In this document: positions 34,587 to 45,319 of the stretch, piece after piece
Position numbering within the stretch: position 1 is the first letter of the stretch
How the letters are laid out: every line of letters starts with the position of its first letter
NCBI GenBank assembly: GCA_002269645.1
Contig: NIVC01001545.1
Coordinates: forward strand, 124,001-188,000
Reading direction: 5' to 3'
Source: Macrostomum lignano
Taxonomy: Eukaryota
Length of the DNA stretch: 64,000 nt
Program-made: the position numbers and the translations under genes
Notes under the pieces: model-generated
Database searches by the model: none
The model's input: the letters and a program-made list of their open reading frames with translations, nothing else
What the model was told of the DNA's origin: nothing

Positions 34587-36339
34587 TCGATCAATCTCGA
34601 AGTCATAGCCGATGATAAGGGACACTGCTGGGACTAGATCGCGTTGGCCATGCAGGTACAGAGGGGACTTGTGCAGGGGATTCTTGCAGTGGCGAGACTA
34701 TGGGGTAGCTACATGTACTATTACATTGCTAAATACGAAGATATGTACTTTTAGCCTTCAACGCGCCAACTAGCCTCTCATAGCGCTGATGATAGGCTAA
34801 CTCGAACTTCAGAGACCGCATGATTCATTTACCCGAGCCGCTTGGCTACCCTAGAGTGCACAAAGTACATCTCTGGCGCCGATTCTGCACTTTTGGCAGT
34901 TTTGCTCACTGATTTGCTAGATTGGTCGACTGAGAACTGCCTTGCCATTGGTCCACTGTAACCGGCGCCTACTAGCTTAGCTACTCATCTGAGCCATCGG
35001 CGAACAAAGAAATAAAGCCGACAAAGATAACTGTTAGATTTAACCTTCTCCTTAGTTCACTTCACACTTTAGATTGAATTGGAGTCTTAGACTACTAGCA
35101 GTATTATTGAATGATTCCTGCCTCAGCAACAGCACTACTGAACAAAATGAGCAAAAGTGTGCGCCTAATTCAGCTACTGCAACAGGGGACAGAAAAGGGA
35201 TCACCCAATCAAGCAAGTCTAGGTAGCCTCTCACCCAACCAATCAGAAACTCAACAGCCGGAGACCAGGTATTCCACAGTGACCGAATCGGCTCGATGCT
35301 CTGCAGCTGTAGACTCGGGATGATGCTGTCACAATCTTCGCTGTTAGCTAGCAGGTGATGCTCTTAACTGGATGTTCGCTGCTGTCGACCGGGGGACTCG
35401 TCCTTGATGATGATGGGGGAAGTTGCAATCCGGGGATCAAGAAACGACGGTCGTGCTCCGGGAACCAGAAGTTGCGCGCTGGGCCCGAGCCAAAGTAAGT
35501 AGAAGTTGCGTCCGAGCGGGCCAAAAACTCCGGTTTAAATAGCCGCCAACTGGACCGCAGTTTGTTATAACGGAACACGTCGATTCTGATTGGCTGAGCC
35601 GTTTTGTTAAAATGAGCGCCGAATTTTCTGATTGGCTAAGCTCGTTGCTAACCAGAATCACGTGACCGAGAGATCCTATCAGTTCCCACAGGGTCGTAAA
35701 AAGATGACAGGTGCGGCCATAAATCACTCAAAATCGCAACAAAATGATTTATGACTTTTCGCGTAGGATTGACAGAAATTAATGAAAAAATATACATTAG
35801 AAAGCTCTTATTTAATAGAAAGTGAAGATAATGAAGAGAAATCGCTAATCGCTAATCCCAATGTACTTTTAGGGGTAAAACGCATAGCTGTCAAAGCTGT
35901 CACATGCTTGAGTGAATCCGAACAATAGGCTCTGACCTCATAAATCTTGATGGCCTGTCAAAATGATGAGAAAAAAGCTACCGCCCGCATCCTCTCAGAC
36001 CATCTGGCGCCCGCTTCAACACTGAGTGAGGCGCAGGTGGCTGTCAGATCAGCTTCGAAAGCGATGATTTATGACCCAAAAAGCTGCGCCTATGTTATTA
36101 TGACTACTAGTATGGCCAGACATTATATCTAGTATAGATTCTATGAAAATTCGCAGAAAAAGGATAAAAATGCCCACTGCCCACTGTTAGTAGGCAAGTA
36201 AGTTTAAGTTTAAAGCTGAACATATAAATATAGGTACTGTTCGCTAACTAATCACTTGAGCCGAACGACTTAATCGAAAGATTACGTAAAATTTTCCCTA
36301 ATTAAAAGATTGTCCACATCAGTCCCTCCCTTGGTCTTC

Positions 36340-37497
36340 TCACTCTTGGTTGGCATTCTGGCTTCGCTGATGCCTCACCGCCCGGCTCAACTCCCAAATC
36401 TTCTGGGCGGCTTCAAGAGCAGCAGACCTCTTGAGGACTGAACGCGGGGGGTCCTCGCCGCGGTGGAAAACGTCGTTGAGCAGGTCGTAAGCGAGCCTCA
36501 AACGGGGGTACCCGGCCCCGCGCACCAACTCATTGTAAAGCTGGTTTCGCTCGAGCTGCTCGGGCGAAAGCAGCCAAAACCGCTCGTTAGCCGGGACCAC
36601 GATCAAACGCTCGCGCAGGCGCTGGGGGCAGGGCTGCAGGAGCGGCAGGCCGCCCCAGTTCTCGGGGGCCTCGCCGACTGCCAATATCAGCACCGTCGAC
36701 TCTAGACAGTCTTGCAGTGCGGCCCATTCGCCCGCTTGGTGAGGCGCGTAGATGAGCAGCGCTGGCGTGAGGTCGGTAGCCAGCGCAAACAGACCATCAT
36801 GGAAGACAATAGTATCGGCGCCGCGTAAGCCTAGCACTAGTCGGGCGTACATGACCATCTGTAGAGCCGTCAGATGAACTTCGTGCCGGCTCAACATGGA
36901 GATGATGTTCGCCGCTGCAGCCGGAGTCAGGCCACGATCGACCGCCGCCGGGTAGGGGAAAGCGAGCAGCTGGGCCAGGTACATGACCGCCCGCCCCGGG
37001 TTGCTCAGCTGTAGCGGGGCCAGCCGCTGGATTAGATTTGGCCACCTCGTCGCCATCAGCCATGGGCCCGCACTTTCAACCTCGCGGAAGTGTCGGCTCA
37101 GCGCGTCGTAGGCCTCGCCGAAGATCACGCGCCATAGGCTGTTGTCGACGTCGGCCCAGGAGTAGGCCAGCTCCGTGCCCATCAATGTTGCCGTTCGAGC
37201 GTGGGCAGCTCTTAAGGAGTGTCTCTCGTCGATAGCTTGCTGGGCAGCGGGTAGCAGGGTGTAGTGCAAGGGGCCCTCTCCATGAAGGCGGGTGCCCAGC
37301 TGTCCCAGCACTCGCTCCTTCGCATTTTGCTCAAGCTGTTCGTGTCTCTCTTCGCCTTCCAGGTGCTGTAGACCACTCAGGATGGCCGGACGCTCTCCCG
37401 TGCTCCCCAGCCCGCCTCGGCTGTGCGGACTGGTCGCGCCGGACGACAGCGGTGAGTGCACTTCTTCTTTGATAGCGCTAACCAAGAAGGCTTCCAT
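36340..37497 (-). CDS. Orphan ORF (385 aa from ATG 37497) inside the LTR element, just before the 3' LTR
   Basis: Uninterrupted ORF with ordinary globular composition. No env-like signal peptide or transmembrane anchor seen, and no family recognised. Confidence 0.7.
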   Translation of the reverse strand: MEAFLVSAIKEEVHSPLSSGATSPHSRGGLGSTGERPAILSGLQHLEGEERHEQLEQNAKERVLGQLGTRLHGEGPLHYTLLPAAQQAIDERHSLRAAHARTATLMGTELAYSWADVDNSLWRVIFGEAYDALSRHFREVESAGPWLMATRWPNLIQRLAPLQLSNPGRAVMYLAQLLAFPYPAAVDRGLTPAAAANIISMLSRHEVHLTALQMVMYARLVLGLRGADTIVFHDGLFALATDLTPALLIYAPHQAGEWAALQDCLESTVLILAVGEAPENWGGLPLLQPCPQRLRERLIVVPANERFWLLSPEQLERNQLYNELVRGAGYPRLRLAYDLLNDVFHRGEDPPRSVLKRSAALEAAQKIWELSRAVRHQRSQNANQE

Positions 37498-37993
37498 GTC
37501 TTCGCAGATGCACAAAGCTCTCACTTACAAACAGAGGATCACAGCTAGCAGAATGCTTTTAGCTCGCAGAAAGTCAAATTGAATTACAGTCAAAGTTTTC
37601 CTTTTTGTATTCGGAGAAAATCAGATAACAGTAAACAGAGGGTGGGGCGACTCCACGTCAGAGTCACCCTCAGATTGATACAAATCATTTGGGGCGCATA
37701 GTAGAAAAAACTCATTATGAGGGCCAATAAAACATTTGAGCTCAACAGACCGTCAACTTTTAGCAAGAGGAACAAAAAAACGAGGGTTACAATGGGGGTC
37801 AAAATGTGCATGGGGTGCATGGGGGGGGAGGAGAACGGGAGCGGGGACCAGAGGAGGGAAGAGATGAGGGATCCCTGCAGACTAGCTGGGGGGCTAAAAA
37901 TAGCTACGGCGGATTTCCCCAAGTGAAGAATTGGCTCCTCTAAGTTATGTTAATTGGACTATGAACTCAAAGCGATTCAGAATTTCAAGCTAA

Positions 37994-38590
37994 TCCCAAT
38001 CCTGGCAGCTTCACTCCCTCTCTACCCCTAACCTGCGTCTACCTCTCCACCTCACACCCGCAGAGGGCGCGCTAATTCTACAACAGAGCCTTATCCTGGG
38101 CAAGAAGCTCATTCATGGCGCATTCTCAGTCCTGCCAACAGAGGTGATAGCCCATGGAGACGGCCAGCTGACACTCCGGCCCCGAGCCGGGACTGCTACT
38201 CCGCCTCTAATAGAGGCCACCTTTGCTAACCGCGGCGTGGCTGGACCCGCCCGGAGTGGAGGAGGTCGCAGCCGCGGTCGCAGTCGGGGTCGGGGCACGC
38301 CCAGTAGCGGCGGCACCCGCCCAACTACCGCGGGCACCTCTACCCCCATCGGACACCACAGTGCTAGCACACCGGAGGCCTCATCAATTTCCGCCTTGGA
38401 CTCCATTCAAGAGGAGCCCTCAGGTGCGCCTTCCGGTGCTCAACCTGCGGCACCTGACCTCACCTGAGCAGCTGACCTCTCGGTGCGGCTGCAGCAACAC
38501 GCTAGCGCCCTGCAGGCCTCTGACCATGGCTGCCCTGAACACGACCGCACCGTCGAGTTGTTAATGCAGGCGGCCGCCCAGCTCAGCGGT
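37994..38590 (+). other. Antisense reading frame inside the LTR element (RG-rich), one in-frame TGA at 38465
   Basis: The frame is open 37994-38464 and continues 41 codons after the TGA to TAA near 38590. No ATG start identified. Confidence 0.3.
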
Positions 38591-38986
38591 GCCAACTAAT
38601 TCTCTATTCATGTGCCTAAGGGTTTCTGCCCTTTACTACACCACTTTCACCTTTCATTTGTCCATAAAATCATTATTGTATTAATTGCTTCTAAATAACT
38701 TCCTAATGCCCTTCTTAATTATATAACCGCTGCACCAGTCTATAGTAGCTCGTATCTGTTCCTACCATTAATTCTATTAGCTATTTTAAATATACTATTT
38801 CAGCGTTAACTGCTTTATTTGTAATTTGTTCTAAGAGCTTCCAGTTGCTCCCTCTTAACTGATTTCATCTATTTCCTCTATACGTCCAACCTGTCATAAT
38901 ACTTTCACGAAATAAACCGGATCTAGCAGAGGATAAGCAAGGGGAAAAGCGACTCGGGCCCCCGACCTTCAGAGTTCTCAAGGAAG

Positions 38987-39481
38987 TCAACAAAATGGGA
39001 GCATTTGCCCCAATACTAATAGATTTCTAGTGTGGTAATCCAACACAGCAGGTGCTGCTGCGAGGAAAGAGTTGCCCAACAGAGGCCTCGTGCCGGGGTC
39101 ACTGGCAATCAGGAACATGACAGGCATGGTCTCACTGCCTAAGATGACTGTCAGCTTAGATTGACCCACAATCTCCAGTCTATGCCCGCTATAGGAATAG
39201 ATAGAAACTGTAGGGGGCTCCAACCTGTCCATATCATCGTTAGTGGCCGCCACGAAGTCTTTGAAGGGTAAGATGGAAACTGCCGACCCAGAATCGATTA
39301 AGATTCGGACTGGCAATCTCTCTACTTGAACTTTTACATAAACATCAGCTCGAGAGCTTCTAAATGTTACAGACTTCCTAGGGACAATGAAATCGGGTAC
39401 AAGATTCATTTTCCTTTTGCCACTGTTTACTAAATTTGCCCTTAAAAGTCCAGAAGAGGGGTGAGTGCGGGCGCCACCCAT
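38987..39481 (-). CDS. Retroviral-type aspartic protease ORF, in the -1 frame relative to gag
   Basis: VRILIDSGSAVSIL and PLLGNSFL motifs. It ends in a stop with no RT following. Confidence 0.9.
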   Translation of the reverse strand: MGGARTHPSSGLLRANLVNSGKRKMNLVPDFIVPRKSVTFRSSRADVYVKVQVERLPVRILIDSGSAVSILPFKDFVAATNDDMDRLEPPTVSIYSYSGHRLEIVGQSKLTVILGSETMPVMFLIASDPGTRPLLGNSFLAAAPAVLDYHTRNLLVLGQMLPFC

Positions 39482-39489
39482 CCCTACTC

Positions 39490-40847
39490 TCAGTTTTCCG
39501 AACCGGCTGGCCCAGACGGAAGATAGAAAGAGGGCCGCTGTCTCTGCGCTCCAGGCGCCGGGGTTGGCGGGGGGCTCCAGCTTTCTTCTCCTACTCTGCT
39601 CTCTCCCTGGGTAGGAACACGCAGGGGAGGCGGGCGCGCGCGTGCACTGTTGCGCAACTGCGGGGGCCGGTAAATCTCAGTTTTTTCAATCTGCTTGGCC
39701 GGGTCACCATAAATCGCATTCTGCCTCTGTAGCGCGGGCTTCTCTGACAGATTTTGAGATGAGGGGGGCGGGGACTTGCCCTCAGGCGGTTGGCTAGCTC
39801 GCTCAGTATCTTCTACCACTGTGAGGTCTCCCTCACAATGATCTGAGTGGCTTATCATGGCCCGATCGATCTTCTCCGCTACCTGACTCATAGCGCCGTA
39901 AATCTTGCCGACGGTTTCATCAAGGCTGTTTTGGCGCTGCTGTAAATCTGTCAATGCCTCTTCTACTTCCCTTCCTTCCTCCGACCCTAGCATGCGGACC
40001 CACCTGCGTTGATATTCTCTGTCGCTGGGGCGATTCTGATCTCTGTTTCTATCGTCCCTACGCTGATCATACCTGGGCTGGTCTCGCGCTAAGCGCCGGG
40101 AAATCTCATCTGCCTCTTGGAGATTCTGCTGTGCTGCCAGCACTTCATCAATGCTGCGAAACTGTTGCCCTAGCAGCGACTTGCGCACATCTGGGGCGAT
40201 GTCAGCTGTTTCCAAGTAGGCAAAGATCACCTCCGACTCTAACTGTCTAGGACTCATGTCGGGGTAAGCAGAAGCTATCACACTACGCACCATGGCCGAA
40301 TAGGCGTGGTGATTCTGGCCTGCTTTCTGTTTCAAATTCCGGACTTTGTTCCTCTTCGCTAATTCTGAACTGGCCTCTCCTACCTGGCGACCTAACCTTT
40401 CTATGAATTCTTCGAAGTCAAGGCCGGGATGGAGGGCAATAGCAAGACTCTGCAGATCTGGGGGGAGGAGCGAGATTACTGTGCTCTTCTTCTGCTCTCT
40501 GTCCCTAATCTCTTCAGATCTGAGTTTGTATTTGACTCTGTCAACCCACTGGGGAAGCAGGATTCTGCTGGGTTGAATTTCTCAACGCTAATCTTGACAC
40601 TCTGTGTCTCTCTGCCCAATCCAATAGCTGCAAGGGCTTGCGCTAATTGGGCTGCCATGTCGGCGGCTTGGGGTTGAGGTGGGGCTCTCTGCGGTGATGA
40701 TCCGCACTCTGATCTCTCGGGGGAGCCTGAGCCCTGGGACGAAAAATCGCAGGCGGCTGCGGCGGCGGCTGCTGATCCGTTCCTATTTCCTCTACCTCTT
40801 CTGCCTCTACCTCCTGACTTACTGGTACTGGAATTACATGTTTCCAT
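39490..40847 (-). pseudogene. gag (capsid-like) with one frameshift near 40550
   Basis: The 123-aa ORF (…ISVEKFNPAESCFP) joins the 281-aa frame through EWVDRVKYKL...LLPPDLQSLA...FEEFIERL. Confidence 0.8.
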
Positions 40848-43349
40848 AGTTCGGGCACAACACCAGTTGCCGGGACAGAACTAAAGGATGAAAATCTGAA
40901 CCGGGGCGGATAAAATGAATGCAATTGGCTATTAGCCGAATTTGGGTGTCTGCTTCACAGCAAGACAATGGCAATGAATCGAATCGAATGGGGAAGGGGG
41001 GAGATTGTGCAAAAAGCCTAACAGGGGTAGGGTTTTGACACAAGTAAGCAATGGGGGGTTGAGCGCCGCGAGTTGGGGAGCTCAAAGCAAAAACAATAAA
41101 TTACAAGCAAAAATAAGCAAAAAGCATAAAACACGCAAATAAGCAAAAGATACGCGATCTATATACAAAAAAGCGTACAATACGAGCGCGGGGCTTGCGA
41201 TAATGATCGCAAACACAGCACAAAAATGGAAAAAATATGCAAAAACCAACGAAGCGGAAACTTCACTTATTCCACTCGCACCGCAGTCACACTTGACTCA
41301 AATTTTTTCACACCTAAAATCCTTCTGTCTCTGCCTTGAATCCGATCTCGGATTTTCTCGAATTGCTGCTTTTAAACTCACTGGTTCTCAACTGGGCTAA
41401 GGCCACAGCTTTCCGCAGGCTACTACAGTCTCAGTCTCTCTTTCTCTCTGAGCGGCTCTTTTTGCTTCCGAATAATTTTAATGGGCTAGTAAATCATGGA
41501 GGGTCTCATCAGCTCTCATTAGTCTAAATTGCAGGCGCCAATATGTGGGCACCTCATGTGTAGCAGAGCTCTCCTGCGTGGTATCGCCACTAGGAAACCG
41601 TCCGGGTGCTGCTACGGCTAGACAGATTCACAATCCCCATCAAGGCTGATCTTTTAGCGGAACTTGGACGTCTGACCCAGCGCGCCCAGTGGCCCCTCTG
41701 TGTAGCTTTCGTCAGCATTGACCGGTGAGGGCGGATTACACCTAATATACGATACTCGCGAACAGACAGATAATACACAAGGAGTTAAGCAGGTCCGTAG
41801 TGTAGTGTTCACTCCGCAACAAAACCTTATGGCACGGTCCCTAAGACTTTTGATCATAGAAAAAGCTATGGGCAGCAGGAAAGTTTGTCAAATATTATGA
41901 CCCTACGTTATCGGGTCGGGTATTTTTATAGCGGCGAACCACAGAAGACATCTGTGTCTTGAGTCAGTAGAGTCTGTCCAGACAAAGCTGCGCTCCCCTC
42001 CTCTTGCTATCATAAAAATGAATAGCCACGGCGTTTTCTGCTCTCTGCAGAATCGTTAACCAGAGCGGTAGCTGGAATTCGCACATACTACCATGGCACC
42101 GTGTGGGTAATTCTCTCGCTTTCCTTACTGTATTTACACTAGATACCCCTCCGATTCTAAGAAAGAACCAAAAGAGCAAAAGCAAACTTCCAAACCCTAA
42201 ATTCCGCAACCAGGAAAAATTACTTGTGCACTGGCAAACTGTATTACTGAAAGTAATACCTACACACTTCCCAGACTCCTAGGCTAAGCAGATGGTAAAT
42301 GTGCGAACTTAAAGTAACTTCAGACCTCACAATTCTGTACCCAAACCCAAAGTAGCGTGGCTGTTCTCGCGTTCCGGTAGCCATCAACCCCAGACATATT
42401 TTTCAGGACATGGATGTCTGACCCAGCGCATCCAGAGGCCCAACGGCACAGCACTTGCCATTGTTAGCCGGAATACCGAGAATTGCGGTGGGAATTTGAG
42501 CTCTCCGTTGCCACTTAAGGCGATTTATACCACCAAAGCCCGAATAGCGGACAACAATTCGTGAGAAGCACTCAGATAGAACACCCCGATTTAAATCGAA
42601 ATGATACTATAATCACACAGTACGCTAATCCGACTGTCCCGTACTAATCTGCTCCAGAGTATAACCTTTGAACCCAAAACCCGTGAGGCCCTGCGTATGA
42701 AACCAAGGCTTCGCACATCCAAAAAGCTGCCTGATTCTAAATTTTGCAAACAAGACAAAAACTACGAGCGCTGTCAGCATTCTATAATGAACGTTTTGGC
42801 CGAGGAAGCATTATCATTCGGATAATGGCCTCTTGTCTACACGACAAAAATTAATAGCTTAATTTCGAGTGATCAGTTCGAAACTTTTCTGTTTAGCAAA
42901 AGTACAAGAACTATCCTAAGTCTCTATTTTCCACATAATTAGCTGGCTGAAATCAAAACTGGAGAACTAAGCAGAGAGCCTAGATAACTGATCAAGCTGA
43001 GAGAGTTATATGTGCGGGGTTGATTTTTTTTTATATGCTCTGGCTTTTTGAATTTTATAATTTTTTTTGGTTGATTTTTTGAATAGGCATGCATTTAATG
43101 ATAAGCAATTCATACTAGTAATTTTTTTGGTTCCAGTAGCATAAATTTTTTGTGCATTTTTGGACTCTCATAACTCAGACTTGAAAAGCTATCGCAACTG
43201 ACTACTTACAGTAATTTGAAAGAAACCTAAATTCCCTATTTTGAAATCTAAACGGCGCAACTCGATTTTATTATTGTCACAATTTGCCATTTACCAGCCA
43301 TCACTACCGGTGAGCACTTTACCACTTCTTACCGGCTAGTGTTTACCAT

Positions 43350-43367
43350 ATCCCACCGCTGCCACCA
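43350..43367 (-). promoter_or_regulatory. Primer-binding site, tRNA-Leu
   Basis: TGGTGGCAGCGGTGGGAT is complementary to the eukaryotic tRNA-Leu 3' end ATCCCACCGCTGCCACCA and lies 2 nt from the LTR's terminal CA. Confidence 0.9.
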
Positions 43368-43369
43368 TT

Positions 43370-45319
43370 TGATGGGTTTCGACCTTCGGGCTCCTTGTTA
43401 GGGAAGCCTTCGAGCCTCAGGCTCAGAAATAAATCAATTAGAGACCTGGCCCCCCACTCCTGTCAGATGGTCAGCCCCATGGTAGCTTGATCGTGTGGCG
43501 AGCAGTCTAGGTCCTATAGCTAAGAGAGGGACAGCGAGAGACGAGCAGGGAGAATTTTGAAAGTAGAAATTAGCTAATCCGCAGATCAACTAACTTGCTG
43601 CCACCAGCCCGTGCGCCCTGGCTCACCACACCGGGACTCTCGAAATCGGGCTTCCGACTAGAAGGGGCTTTGCACTTACCTGCCAACTAGTGTCTTTTTG
43701 CTGTCAATCTCGAAGTCATAGCCGATGATAAGGGACACTGCTGGGACTAGATCGCGTTGGCCATGCAGGTACAGAGGGGACTTGTGCAGGGGATTCTTGC
43801 GGTGGCGAGACTATGGGGTAGCTACATGTACTATTACATTGCTAAATACGAAGATATGTACTTTTAGCCTTCAACGCGCCAACTAGCCTCTCATAGCGCT
43901 GATGATAGGCTAACTCGAACTTCAGAGACCGCATGATTCATTTACCCGAGCCGCTTGGCTACCCTAGAGTGCACAAAGTACATCTCTGGCGCCGATTCTG
44001 CACTTTTGGCAGTTTTGCTCACTGATTTGCTAGATTGGTCGACTGAGAACTGCCTTGCCATTGGTCCACTGTAACCGGCGCCTACTAGCTTAGCTACTCA
44101 TCTGAGCCATCGGCGAACAAAGAAATAAAGCCGACAAAGATAACTGTTAGATTTAACCTTCTCCTTAGTTCACTTCACACTTTAGATTGAATTGGAGTCT
44201 TAGACTACTAGCAGTATTATTGAATGATTCCTGCCTCAGCAACAGCACTACTGAACAAAATGAGCAAAAGTGTGCGCCTAATTCAGCTACTGCAACAGGG
44301 GACAGAAAAGGGATCACCCAATCAAGCAAGTCTAGGTAGCCTCTCACCCAACCAATCAGAAACTCAACAGCCGGAGACCAGGTATTCCACAGTGACCGAA
44401 TCGGCTCGATGCTCTGCAGCTGTAGACTCGGGATGATGCTGTCACAATCTTCGCTGTTAGCTAGCAGGTGATGCTCTTAACTGGATGTTCGCTGCTGTCG
44501 ACCGGGGGACTCGTCCTTGATGATGATGGGGGAAGTTGCAATCCGGGGATCAAGAAACGACGGTCGTGCTCCGGGAACCAGAAGTTGCGCGCTGGGCCCG
44601 AGCCAAAGTAAGTAGAAGTTGCGTCCGAGCGGGCCAAAAACTCCGGTTTAAATAGCCGCCAACTGGACCGCAGTTTGTTATAACGGAACACGTCGATTCT
44701 GATTGGCTGAGCCGTTTTGTTAAAATGAGCGCCGAATTTTCTGATTGGCTAAGCTCGTTGCTAACCAGAATCACGTGACCGAGAGATCCTATCAGTTCCC
44801 ACAGGGTCGTAAAAAGATGACAGGTGCGGCCATAAATCACTCAAAATCGCAACAAAATGATTTATGACTTTTCGCGTAGGATTGACAGAAATTAATGAAA
44901 AAATATACATTAGAAAGCTCTTATTTAATAGAAAGTGAAGATAATGAAGAGAAATCGCTAATCGCTAATCCCAATGTACTTTTAGGGGTAAAACGCATAG
45001 CTGTCAAAGCTGTCACATGCTTGAGTGAATCCGAACAATAGGCTCTGACCTCATAAATCTTGATGGCCTGTCAAAATGATGAGAAAAAAGCTACCGCCCG
45101 CATCCTCTCAGACCATCTGGCGCCCGCTTCAACACTGAGTGAGGCGCAGGTGGCTGTCAGATCAGCTTCGAAAGCGATGATTTATGACCCAAAAAGCTGC
45201 GCCTATGTTATTATGACTACTAGTATGGCCAGACATTATATCTAGTATAGATTCTATGAAAATTCGCAGAAAAAGGATAAAAATGCCCACTGCCCACTGT
45301 TAGTAGGCAAGTAAGTTTA
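43370..45319 (-). repeat. 5' LTR, probably truncated by ~110 bp at its outer end
   Basis: It ends ...CCCATCA on the minus strand. Identity with the 3' LTR stops at 45319/36206, and no TSD was found. Confidence 0.88.
44647..44748 (-). promoter_or_regulatory. Putative LTR promoter: two CCAAT boxes and TATTTAAA
   Basis: Minus strand has CCAAT at 44744-44748 and 44702-44706, then TATTTAAA at 44647-44654, oriented towards the PBS and gag. Confidence 0.5.

Larger units (their letters stand above)
30257..34590 (-). mobile_element. Apparently full-length RTE-like LINE with a (TTG)n tail and 8-bp TSD TCAATCTC
   Basis: The TSD lies at 30249-30256 and 34591-34598 and is single-copy in the intact LTR. 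The tail is aacaacaacaacaa at 30257-30270. Confidence 0.9.
29915..36318 (-). repeat. 3' LTR, interrupted at 30256/34591 by a LINE
   Basis: 29915-30256 plus 34591-36206 match 43370-45319 (one substitution noticed, near 34688 vs 43801). The inferred LTR start is TG at 36318, after the purine-rich aagggaggga. Confidence 0.85.
29915..45319 (-). mobile_element. Gypsy-related non-autonomous LTR retrotransposon (gag + protease + orphan ORF; no RT, RNase H or integrase)
   Basis: Near-identical ~1.95-kb direct repeats, a perfect 18-nt tRNA-Leu PBS, gag, a DSGS protease and a purine-rich tract before the 3' LTR. Confidence 0.88.

Noticed and set aside
36340-37497. env gene call for the orphan ORF
   Set aside because: No signal peptide, furin site, fusion peptide or C-terminal transmembrane segment.
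43370-43430. Hammerhead ribozyme at the LTR end (GCC-CGAA-GGTC-GAAAC on the minus strand)
   Set aside because: No correctly placed CUGANGA core in any of the three LTR copies.
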